DNA of 64,000 nucleotides, from assembly GCA_963725865.1 (NCBI GenBank), contig CAVSAC010000010.1, forward strand, positions 512,001 through 576,000, read 5' to 3'. This DNA is from Candidatus Eiseniibacteriota bacterium (GTDB lineage: Bacteria > Eisenbacteria > RBG-16-71-46). The notes beneath the pieces are model-generated. The model did no database searches. It was given only the letters and a program-made list of their open reading frames with translations, and had not been told where the DNA came from. This document shows positions 48,059 to 58,463 of this stretch, piece after piece. The translations under genes and the position numbers were made by a program. Within the stretch, counting starts at the first letter, position 1, and each line of letters begins with the position of its first letter.

Positions 48059-51022
48059 GTGAGCGCCGCGGCCGGCCCCGGCGCGGTCGCGACCGCGACC
48101 GAGACGATCCTCGCGGGACTCAACGACGAGCAGCGGACGGCGGTCACGCACGGCACCGGCCCGCTGCTGATCGTCGCGGGCGCCGGCACCGGCAAGACGG
48201 CGGTCCTCACCCGGCGCATCGCGTGGCTCATCGCGACCCACCGGGCGCGTCCCGACGAGATCCTCGCGCTGACCTTCACCGAGAAGGCCGCGGCCGAGAT
48301 GGAGTCGCGGGTCGACGAGCTGGTGCCGTACGGCTTCGTGGGCGCGACCATCGCGACCTTCAACGCGTTCTGCGACCGCCTGGTGCGCGAGCACGCCGTC
48401 GAGCTCGGGCTCACCTCGCGGCTGCGGGTCGAGAGCCAGGCCGAGATCCTGGTGTTCCTGCGCGAGCGCCTGTTCGAGCTCGGGCTGTCGCGCTACCTGC
48501 CGCTCGGCAATCCCGATGCGCACCTGCACGCGCTGATGGGCGTGTTCGACCGCGCGCGCAACGAGGACGTCACGCCCGAACGCTACCAGGCGTGGGCCGC
48601 CGAGCTCGCGGCCGCCGCCGGCGACGAGGCCGAGCGCGACCGCGCCGCCGCCGAGCTGGAGAAGGCGCGGGCGTACGGCCGCTACGAGGCGCTGCTGCTC
48701 GCCGCCGGCCGCGTCGACTTCGGCGCCCAGATCGCGCTCGCCCTGCGCCTGCTGCGCGAGCGCGCGTACCTGCTGCGCGAATATCGCGAGCGCTTCCGCT
48801 GGATCCTGGTGGACGAGTTCCAGGACACCAACCACGTCCAGTTCGAGCTGGTGAAGCTGCTGGCCGGCGCTTGCCCCAACCTCACGGTGGTCGGCGACGA
48901 CGATCAGAGCATCTATCGGTTCCGCGGCGCCAAAGTGCAGAACCTGCTCGAAGTGCTGGAGGCGTTCCCGGGAACCCGCGAGGTGCTGCTGAAGCGCAAC
49001 TACCGTTCGGGACAGCTCATCCTCGACCGCGCGCACCAGCTGATCCGCCACAATGACCCGGCGCGGCTGGAGGCGGCGCGCGGCTACGACAAGCGCCTCG
49101 TCGCCGAACGCCGCGCGGAGGGCCGGACGTTCGAGGGCGCGGTCGAGCACCGCGCGTTCCAGACCGGCAGCGACCAGGCCGACCGGGTCGCCGGCGAGAT
49201 CGCGGACGCGGCCGCTGCCGGCATCGCGACGCCCGGCGACTTCGCCATCCTGGCGCGCGCGCACAATCACCTCGACCCGTTCGCGCTCGCGCTGCGGGCC
49301 CGCGGCGTGCGCTTCCGCCGGGTCGGCATGCGCGGGCTCTACGGGCGGCCCGAGGTGCTGCTGTGCCTGAACGCGCTGCGCTCGCTCGCCGACCCCGACG
49401 ACAGCGCCGCGGTCTACATGACGCTCGGGGACCCGCTGTTCGGCGCCGATCCGGTGGACCTGGCGCGACTCGGGGCGCAGGCGAAGAAGTCCCATCGCGG
49501 GCTGCTGGGCGTCGCGATCGCGGCGACCGCCGGCGACGGCGCCTGGCAGGAGCGCACCCGGGAGGCGGTGCGGCGCTTCGAGGCGCTGCACCGCGAGCTG
49601 GCGGCGCTGGCCGTGAACCGCCCGACCTCCGAGGTGCTGTACGCGTTCGTGCAGGGCAGCGGGCTCCTCGCTCAGCTGGTCGCCGAGGAGAGCGCGGAGA
49701 ATCTCGAGCGCGCGCAGAACCTGAACAAGCTGTTCGGCATCGTCGCCCGGGTCGGGCCGCTGCTGCGCCGCGACCGCGTCGACCAGTTCATCCCCCACCT
49801 CGACCTGCTCATCGAGATGGGGGACGACCCGGCCGCCGCGGAGCTGGAGAGCGACGAGGACTCGGTGAGCCTGCTCACCGCCCACGCGGCGAAGGGCCTG
49901 GAGTTCCCCACCGTGTACCTGGTCGACCTCACCGAGCAACGATTTCCCCAGTATCCCAAGGGCGACAGCCTGCCGTTCCCGCCCGAGCTGCGTCATGTCC
50001 AGGGGGACGAGCGCGAGGAGCACTATCGCGAGGAACGGCGCCTGTTCTACGTGGGGATGACGCGCGCGCGCGACCGCCTGGTGCTCTGCCACGCCCAGGA
50101 CCTGGGCGGCAAGCGCGCGGCCAAGCCGAGCCGCTTCGTGCTCGAGGCGCTCGGCCTGCCTGCGCCCCCCAAGGGCGCCCACGGCGCGACCGCGCTGGAG
50201 GCGATCGCACGCTACGCCCCGACGCCCGAGGCGCCGGCCCCCGGGATCGCGCCGGTGCCGGACGACCAGCCGGTGGTGCTCTCTCATTCGGCGATCGAGA
50301 GCTACCTCGACTGCCCGCTGCAGTACTACTTCTCGCACGTCGCGCACGTGCCGCTGCCGGTCTCGCCGGTGCTGATGTACGGCAATGCCATCCACCACGC
50401 CATCCAGGTGTGGCACCAGCACGTGACCCGCGGGCTGCCGATCGAGACCGCGGACGTGGTCGCCGCCTATCAGAGCGCCTGGTCGAGCGAGGGCTTCCTC
50501 ACGCTCGCGCACGAGGAGCGCATGTTCGCGCAGGGCCGCGAGGCGCTCGAGGCGTTCGTGCGCCGCGACCGGGCGGCCGGCATCGTGCCGCTCGCGATCG
50601 AGAGCGACTTCGAGTTCCGGATCGGCCTCACGCGGATCAACGGCCGTTTTGATCGGATCGACGAGCGTCCCGAGGGCATCGTGCTGGTGGACTACAAGAG
50701 CTCCGAGGTCGACGACCCCGACGAGGCGGCGAAGCGCGCCAAGGACAGCGCGCGCGACGGCCAGCTCGGCCTCTACGCGCTCGCCTACCGCGAGACGCGC
50801 GGTGCCCTGCCGGCCCGCGTCGAGCTGGACTTCGTCGGCTCCGGCGTGGTCGGCTCCGCCGCGGTCGAGCCACAGCACCTCGAGCGCGCGGCCGAGCGCA
50901 TCACCCGTGCGGCGGCCGGCATCCGCGCGGCGCGCTTCGAGGCCACGCCGTCGGCGCGCACGTGCGGCCAGTGCGACTACCGGCACGTCTGCCGCTTCAG
51001 CGCCGCCCGAGGGAACGCATGA
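48059..51022 (+). CDS. UvrD/SF1A helicase with C-terminal PD-(D/E)XK nuclease (AdnA/B-like)
   Basis: AGAGTGKT, VDEFQDTN, VGDDDQSIY, KGLEF, RLFYVGMTRA; GRFDRID...VDYKS; Cys set DCP...CGQC...C. Confidence 0.9.
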   Translation: MSAAAGPGAVATATETILAGLNDEQRTAVTHGTGPLLIVAGAGTGKTAVLTRRIAWLIATHRARPDEILALTFTEKAAAEMESRVDELVPYGFVGATIATFNAFCDRLVREHAVELGLTSRLRVESQAEILVFLRERLFELGLSRYLPLGNPDAHLHALMGVFDRARNEDVTPERYQAWAAELAAAAGDEAERDRAAAELEKARAYGRYEALLLAAGRVDFGAQIALALRLLRERAYLLREYRERFRWILVDEFQDTNHVQFELVKLLAGACPNLTVVGDDDQSIYRFRGAKVQNLLEVLEAFPGTREVLLKRNYRSGQLILDRAHQLIRHNDPARLEAARGYDKRLVAERRAEGRTFEGAVEHRAFQTGSDQADRVAGEIADAAAAGIATPGDFAILARAHNHLDPFALALRARGVRFRRVGMRGLYGRPEVLLCLNALRSLADPDDSAAVYMTLGDPLFGADPVDLARLGAQAKKSHRGLLGVAIAATAGDGAWQERTREAVRRFEALHRELAALAVNRPTSEVLYAFVQGSGLLAQLVAEESAENLERAQNLNKLFGIVARVGPLLRRDRVDQFIPHLDLLIEMGDDPAAAELESDEDSVSLLTAHAAKGLEFPTVYLVDLTEQRFPQYPKGDSLPFPPELRHVQGDEREEHYREERRLFYVGMTRARDRLVLCHAQDLGGKRAAKPSRFVLEALGLPAPPKGAHGATALEAIARYAPTPEAPAPGIAPVPDDQPVVLSHSAIESYLDCPLQYYFSHVAHVPLPVSPVLMYGNAIHHAIQVWHQHVTRGLPIETADVVAAYQSAWSSEGFLTLAHEERMFAQGREALEAFVRRDRAAGIVPLAIESDFEFRIGLTRINGRFDRIDERPEGIVLVDYKSSEVDDPDEAAKRAKDSARDGQLGLYALAYRETRGALPARVELDFVGSGVVGSAAVEPQHLERAAERITRAAAGIRAARFEATPSARTCGQCDYRHVCRFSAARGNA

Positions 51023-51846
51023 GCGACCGCGATCCGATCCACCTGAGAGACGCCGCCGCGGCCTTCGCCCGCGAGGCCGGCGCCATCGTCCGGCAGGGCT
51101 ACGGCACCGTCCACGCGCCCGAGCGCAAAGGCCGCATCGACCTGGTGACGGAGTTCGACCGGCGCTCGGAGGCGCTGCTGCTCGAGCGCATCGCGGCGCG
51201 CTTCCCGGGCCACGCCGTGCTCGCCGAGGAGTCGGGCGCGCGCGCCGGTGCCAGCACCCGCGGCGGCGTCCGCTGGCTGGTCGATCCGCTCGACGGCACC
51301 ACGAACTTCGCGCATAACTATCCGTTCTTCGCGGTCTCGATCGGCGTCGAGGCGGACGGCGAGCTGGTGGCCGGCGCGGTGTTCGATCCGGTGCGCGACG
51401 AGCTGTTCGCGGCCGCCGCCGGCCACGGCGCGACGCTGAACGGCGCGCCGATCCACGTCTCTCCCATCGACCGCATCGAGGACGCGCTGTTGGTCACCGG
51501 GTTTCCGTACGACGTGCGCGAGCACCCCGAACGGCACCTGCCGGCGTTTCAGGCATTCCTGATCCGCGCGCAGGGGATCCGGCGCGACGGCTCGGCGGCG
51601 CTCAATCTGTGCTACCTCGCGATGGGGCGCTTCGATGGCTTCTGGGAAGGCCACCTGGCCCCGTGGGACGTCGCCGCGGGCACGTTGATCGTGCGCGAGG
51701 CGGGTGGCCGCGTCACGGCGTTCGACGGCGGTCCGTTCCACGTGGACGGCCGCCGCATCCTCGCCACCAACGGCCGCCTGCACGGGGCCATGATGGAAGT
51801 GCTCGCGACCGCCGGGCGCGCGCCCTCGGAGGACCGGCGCCCGTGA
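51019..51846 (+). CDS. suhB: Inositol monophosphatase family protein
   Basis: DPLDGTTNF, GSAALNLC, WDVAAG. Confidence 0.9.
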   Translation: MSDRDPIHLRDAAAAFAREAGAIVRQGYGTVHAPERKGRIDLVTEFDRRSEALLLERIAARFPGHAVLAEESGARAGASTRGGVRWLVDPLDGTTNFAHNYPFFAVSIGVEADGELVAGAVFDPVRDELFAAAAGHGATLNGAPIHVSPIDRIEDALLVTGFPYDVREHPERHLPAFQAFLIRAQGIRRDGSAALNLCYLAMGRFDGFWEGHLAPWDVAAGTLIVREAGGRVTAFDGGPFHVDGRRILATNGRLHGAMMEVLATAGRAPSEDRRP

Positions 51847-52499
51847 GCCTGTGGAATCGCGTGTTCGGGCGGAGTCCGCGGCGCGATCTCGTTCCGGTGC
51901 GCTGGCTGGCGCCCGAGGAATCGCCGTACGGCATCGAGGTGCTCGACTGCCGCGGGCTGTCCGAGGACGCGCGGGTGGCGACCGTCTCGGCCGAAGGCAG
52001 CGCGCGCTTCGCCGCGCTGCGGGTCTCGGACGGGACGGAGCACCGCGGCACCGTCCCTCAGCCGCCCGCGACGCTCGACTGCCGGCTCGAGTATCCGATC
52101 GCGCGGCCGCTCTCCGAGGGCGCGCTGTTCCGCGCCGCCACCACCGACGAGAAGTGGGACGTGTTCCACTTCGACGGTTCGCTCTACTGCGTCCGCAGCG
52201 CGACCGGCACGCTCGAGTACCGTGCGGCGCTGGCGTTCCCGCCGGGAGTGCTGCGGCTGGCGAGCGTGAGCGCGCGCTCGGAGCTCGCCACGGCCGAGCC
52301 CGCGTACGTGGTGGCCGCGGTGGACTTCCTGGTGCGCTCGCACGTGCTGGGGCTCGAGGCGCCGCATCCGCTGCCGAGCGCGGCGACCGGCAGCCCCGAG
52401 GAGCTGGCCCTGCTCTCGTGGCGCCAGCACGGGCGCTTCGCGTGCTTCGGAGCGTACGCGGACACCAGCGTGCTGCCGCTGGCGTCGATGCTGGAATGA
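51843..52499 (+). CDS. Hypothetical protein
   Basis: GTGA-coupled to suhB; coding-like codon use; DEKWDVFHFDGSLYCVRSATG. Confidence 0.65.
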   Translation: MSLWNRVFGRSPRRDLVPVRWLAPEESPYGIEVLDCRGLSEDARVATVSAEGSARFAALRVSDGTEHRGTVPQPPATLDCRLEYPIARPLSEGALFRAATTDEKWDVFHFDGSLYCVRSATGTLEYRAALAFPPGVLRLASVSARSELATAEPAYVVAAVDFLVRSHVLGLEAPHPLPSAATGSPEELALLSWRQHGRFACFGAYADTSVLPLASMLE

Positions 52500-52515
52500 G
52501 CGGGGAGCGCCGCGA

Positions 52516-52917
52516 CTAGGCGGCGGCGGGACGGGCGGGCGGCAGGCGCAGCTTGGTGCGGATGCGCTGCACCAGGTCGCGGATGTCGTACGGCTTGGTG
52601 ACGAACGAGTCGGCACCCATCTCGAGCGCCAGCCGGCGATCCTGCTCACCCGAGCGGGCGGACAGGATGATGATCGGGATCGATCGATAGCGCTGGTCGA
52701 ACTTGAGCGCGCGGCACACCTGGTAGCCATCCATCTTCGGCAGCATCAGGTCGAGCACGATCAGGTCCGGGTGCGCCTCGCGCGCCTGGCGCAGGCCATC
52801 CTCGCCGTCGAACGCGCACAGCACCTCGAACCCCTCCGCCTGCAAGCCGAAGCGCAGCACCGAGACGAGGTCGGCCTCGTCGTCGACGACCAGGATCTTC
52901 GCGTGGGTTTCGGACAT
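52516..52917 (-). CDS. Single-domain response regulator
   Basis: ILVVDDE, LDLMLP, LSA, TKPY. Confidence 0.92.
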   Translation of the reverse strand: MSETHAKILVVDDEADLVSVLRFGLQAEGFEVLCAFDGEDGLRQAREAHPDLIVLDLMLPKMDGYQVCRALKFDQRYRSIPIIILSARSGEQDRRLALEMGADSFVTKPYDIRDLVQRIRTKLRLPPARPAAA

Positions 52918-53024
52918 CCATTCCTCGCAAGGGACATCGGGGGATCCACGTGGAGGTTATCGGTCCGCACCACCTCGGACATGAGTGGGAATCCGCGCCA
53001 TCGCCGCGCACGCGGCGGCCCGCC

Positions 53025-54944
53025 TCAGCGGCCGACGGCGGTGGGTTCGTCGCGGATGAAGGGAGCGGCCCCGCGTGCGACCTCGCCCGACACCAGGTCG
53101 CGGACCTGGATCTCGATGCGGTAGCGGCCCGGCGGCAGGCTCTGCACCGGGACGCTCACGAACTGGCGGCGGATGTCGCCGATGAAGCTCTCCTCGCGGC
53201 TCGTCACGATTGGCGGCGGCAGGTTGCGCGGCGCGAACGCGCGCTGGAGCCACACCCGGGTGTCGCGGACGTCCGAGCGCACCGTGTACACGTACTCGAA
53301 TCGCGACTGGCGGTCGGCGCCGGGCTGCAGGCGGTACGCCTCGAAGTAGGCGGTCAGCGGAGCCCCGGCCGGAACGTGGGCGCCCGGGTTGGCGGTGATG
53401 CGCACCGCGGCCGACGGCGTCAGGTTCGGCACGCCGCACGAGATCACGACGTCGCTGAGGGCGAGCGTGGTGCCGAGCGGCTGCAACTGCACGACCTCCC
53501 GGTAGACGCCGCGGTGCCTGCCCGCATCGTGCACCGAGAGGCCGACGCGGTAGCGTCCCGGCGGCAGCGCGGTCGCGAACTCGGCGACCTGGCGGGCGGC
53601 CGGGTCGCACGCCGACGGCGACAGCGCACGGCGGGCGCGCGCGATCTCGGTCGCCGAGCTGTCGAACACCACCCAATCCGAGACCAGCGCGTCGCCGGGC
53701 TTGCCGGCGATCTCGATCTGGGCGAGCAGGCGCGGGCCGTCGGGACCCTCGAAGCGCGCGATGTGGCCGTCCACCGGGATCGGCTCGACGCCGGGCGGGA
53801 ACACCGGGAACACGCCCCGACCCCCGGCCGAGGCCAGCGCGTCACCCCGCCGGGCGAGCGAGTCCGGATCGGGCTGCGGGTCCGGATCACTCTCGCGCTG
53901 GATCGGCAGCAGGTAGTACTCGGAGAGCAGCCGATCCTGCATCTGAACCGACATGCCGAGCTCGGGGTAGTCCCACACCAGCACGTTCATCGGGTATTCG
54001 ACCCCGGTGATGAAGCGCATCGAGAGCGACATCCCGACCGGGTTGTACTCCGCGTGGTGCGGCGCGCCGTAGCGCACGTACACCTCGCCGCGCTCGTCCC
54101 ATTCGCGGCGGCGGGAGTTGAAGTAGAGGAAATAGGCGTGACTGACCCGGGCCCAGTACTCCAGCTGCGCCTCGTTCTCGACACTGGTGGGATCCGGGTC
54201 GTGCTCGCGCCAGAAACGCTGGACGAACTCCGCCTGCTCCGCCGCTGGCAGTCGGTGGAGCTGCAAGGTGTCCTGCTCGCTCGCGACCGGAGCGATGTCG
54301 TCGAAACGATCGCGGACGATGCGCGGCAGCCGCGGGATCGCATGGCGGAAGCCCTCCTCCGCGCGCTCGAGCATGCCGCGTCGATACGCGGTGTACGCCA
54401 CCGCCAGCTCGCACTCGGCACGCTCGGGTGCGGCCTCGAACGCGCGGTCGGCGGCCGCCGAGGCGGCGCGCAGGTCCCCCTGCTCCACCAGCAGCGGCGT
54501 GAGCATCAGCCACGCCTCGGGACTGCGCGGTGTCAGACGCGCCGCCGCCGAAAAGCTCTGCACCGCGAGAGCGAGCGAGTTCGGATCGAGGTACTTGAGC
54601 CAGTCGCGCCGCCAGACCTGTCCGAGCCCGAAACGGGACGGCGCGTCCTGCGGGTCCAGCCGCATCACGCGCTCGAAGCGCCGGCGCGAGTTCTTGAGGA
54701 ACCCGGCCTGGTAGTAGGCGCGCGCCAGCGTGAGCTCGGCCTGCGCGTCGCCCGGGCGCATGAGGGTCGCCTCCTCGAGGCACGCGATGGCGACGCGCCG
54801 GGTGTCCACCGTGTTGCGCCGGAGCATCTCGTCGGCCCGGGCGCACAGCGAATCGGCGGCGGCCGCGCGATCGTCGCGCACGGCGCGCGCGGGCGTGGCG
54901 AGCAGGACGAAGCAGCAGATGGCGAGGGCAGCCAGAAGGCGCAT
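53025..54944 (-). CDS. TPR + GWxTD-like exported protein
   Basis: Signal peptide; TPRs; FWREHDPDPTSVENE...EWDERGEVYVRYGAP. Confidence 0.8.
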   Translation of the reverse strand: MRLLAALAICCFVLLATPARAVRDDRAAAADSLCARADEMLRRNTVDTRRVAIACLEEATLMRPGDAQAELTLARAYYQAGFLKNSRRRFERVMRLDPQDAPSRFGLGQVWRRDWLKYLDPNSLALAVQSFSAAARLTPRSPEAWLMLTPLLVEQGDLRAASAAADRAFEAAPERAECELAVAYTAYRRGMLERAEEGFRHAIPRLPRIVRDRFDDIAPVASEQDTLQLHRLPAAEQAEFVQRFWREHDPDPTSVENEAQLEYWARVSHAYFLYFNSRRREWDERGEVYVRYGAPHHAEYNPVGMSLSMRFITGVEYPMNVLVWDYPELGMSVQMQDRLLSEYYLLPIQRESDPDPQPDPDSLARRGDALASAGGRGVFPVFPPGVEPIPVDGHIARFEGPDGPRLLAQIEIAGKPGDALVSDWVVFDSSATEIARARRALSPSACDPAARQVAEFATALPPGRYRVGLSVHDAGRHRGVYREVVQLQPLGTTLALSDVVISCGVPNLTPSAAVRITANPGAHVPAGAPLTAYFEAYRLQPGADRQSRFEYVYTVRSDVRDTRVWLQRAFAPRNLPPPIVTSREESFIGDIRRQFVSVPVQSLPPGRYRIEIQVRDLVSGEVARGAAPFIRDEPTAVGR

Positions 54945-55076
54945 GTGTGGGGTCCGAGTTCCCGGCCACGTCAGTATCGACGAGGCGCACGGTGGATTCA
55001 ACGATCGAGTCGTCGGCGCCCGGCGCTCACCGCGCGCCTTGCCCGCCCCGGCGCGTCCTCCTACCATCCAGCCGTC

Positions 55077-55919
55077 ATGATCGCCCTCGGGCCGCCGCTC
55101 AGCTCCGAACTCCGCGCGCGACACGCGCTGCTCGACGTCCGCGTCGAAGCCGAGTTCCGGCGCGCGCACCTCCCCGGCAGCGGCAACCTCCCGGTCGCCG
55201 AGCTCGAGGCGCGGCGCGCCGAGCTGCCGTCCCGCGACGTGGCCGTGCTGGTGCTCGCGGCGACCGCCGCCGAGGCGCGGACCGGGGCCGCCGAACTCGA
55301 GCGCCTCGGGTACCTCGACGTGGCGTGGCTCGACGCGCCGCTGGCGGACGCCGGCGTGCCGCTGGACTCCGACGGCGCGGGCGTGCCGCTCTGGCGGCCG
55401 GCCGCATTCCTGGCCGAGGTGCTGCCGGGAATCCCGCGCGGCCGTGCGCTCGACGTCGCCGCGGGGTCGGGCCGCGAGGCGGTCACCCTCGCGCTGCACG
55501 GATTCGAGGTCGAGGCGTGGGACCGTGCGCCCGAGGCGCTCGCGCGTGCGAGCGACCTGGCGGCCCGGCACGGCGTGCGGATCGAGACCGTGGTGTGCGA
55601 CCTCGAGTGGCGCGGAGCGACGCTGCCCGCGGAGCGCTACGACCTGGTGGTGTGCTTCCGCTTCCTGCACCGGCCGCTGCTGCCCGCGATGGCACTCGCG
55701 CTGCGACCGGGGGGCCATCTGGTGTACGAGACGTATCGCACCGGTCAGGAGCGCTTCGGACGACCCACCCATCGCCGCTTCCTGCTCGAGCCGGGGGAGC
55801 TGCGCGCGGCGTTCCCGGGACTCGAGGTCCTGCGGGAAGAGGAATGCACTCCCGCGGGTGGGCCGCTCACCGCGCGCCTGTGGGCGCGGCGCCCCGGCGC
55901 CGCGGCCGCGAGCGGATGA
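55077..55919 (+). CDS. Rhodanese-like domain fused to a TehB-like SAM methyltransferase
   Basis: LLDVR..EF...HLPGS; GRALDVAAGSGR, YDLVVCFRFLHR, LRPGG. Confidence 0.8.
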   Translation: MIALGPPLSSELRARHALLDVRVEAEFRRAHLPGSGNLPVAELEARRAELPSRDVAVLVLAATAAEARTGAAELERLGYLDVAWLDAPLADAGVPLDSDGAGVPLWRPAAFLAEVLPGIPRGRALDVAAGSGREAVTLALHGFEVEAWDRAPEALARASDLAARHGVRIETVVCDLEWRGATLPAERYDLVVCFRFLHRPLLPAMALALRPGGHLVYETYRTGQERFGRPTHRRFLLEPGELRAAFPGLEVLREEECTPAGGPLTARLWARRPGAAAASG

Positions 55920-56779
55920 GGGCGCGCGTGCTGCGCTCGCGCACGGTCCCGGGAATGGTCGCGCTCGCGTGCGCGTTCGGCGGCGCGCCCGCGGCGCGCG
56001 CGCACGAATGGTGGCTGGAGCCCGCCCACTTCGCGGCGAGCGCCCCGGAGACCGTGACGGTCGCAGCGTTCGCAGGGATGGGATTCCACGGCGAGCGCAA
56101 GGCCTTCGCCACCGCGCGCGTGGCGCGAATGGCATTGTCCGCCGACGGGACCACGCGCGAGCTGCCGTCCTCCGGCATTCCCGGCACCGACGTGTTCGCG
56201 CGTGTGCCGGCGGCGGATCTCGGCCGCGGACCTGCCGTGGTCGCGCTCGAGACCCACTTCGCCCAGCTGACGCTGGCGGCCGCGGAGTTCGACGAGTACC
56301 TGCGCGCCGAAGGGCTGGATGGTCCGCTGGCGGCGCGCCGGGGTGCACCGCGCGATTCCGTGCGCGAGCGCTATGCACGCTGTGCGCGAATCTGGCTGCG
56401 CGGCGGCGAGCGCGCGGCCGGCTCCACCGGGCTCACCTTCGAGCTGCTGCCCCGCAGCGACCCCACGCGGGAGTCGGCCGGCGCGGCGCGCCGGCCGCTC
56501 GAGGTGCAGGTCCTGTTGCGCGGCCGGCCGCTGCCGGGGGCACTGGTCCGGGCGTGGCGGCGGCCGCTCGATCACGCCGACGTGCCGGCCCCGGCCGACG
56601 CGCGCGACTCCGTCGCGGTGTTCGCAAGTGCCCGTTCGGATGCGCGCGGGATCGCGCGCGTGCCGGTGCACGGTGCCGGCGAGTGGCTGCTGGCTGCCGT
56701 ACACATGGAACGCAGCGACGATCCGGCGGCCGCAGACTGGCAGAGCTTCTGGGCCTCGCTCACGTTCGCCCGGCGGTGA
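55916..56779 (+). CDS. DUF4198 family exported protein
   Basis: Signal peptide then HEWWLEP; FDEYLRAEG; WQSFWASLTF. Confidence 0.75.
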   Translation: MRARVLRSRTVPGMVALACAFGGAPAARAHEWWLEPAHFAASAPETVTVAAFAGMGFHGERKAFATARVARMALSADGTTRELPSSGIPGTDVFARVPAADLGRGPAVVALETHFAQLTLAAAEFDEYLRAEGLDGPLAARRGAPRDSVRERYARCARIWLRGGERAAGSTGLTFELLPRSDPTRESAGAARRPLEVQVLLRGRPLPGALVRAWRRPLDHADVPAPADARDSVAVFASARSDARGIARVPVHGAGEWLLAAVHMERSDDPAAADWQSFWASLTFARR

Positions 56780-58372
<1,593 letters not shown>

Positions 58373-58394
58373 TCGGCTCCGGTCCGGACTAGTG

Positions 58395-58433
58395 CGTGCG
58401 GGGTGGAGCCTCTCCACCCCGCACGTCGTTTTT
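58395..58433 (+). terminator. Intrinsic terminator after gdhA
   Basis: 14-bp perfect stem CGTGCGGGGTGGAG/CTCCACCCCGCACG followed by TCGTTTTT. Confidence 0.75.
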
Positions 58434-58463
58434 CCCCCGCTCCTTCGCACACCGGGAGACTCG

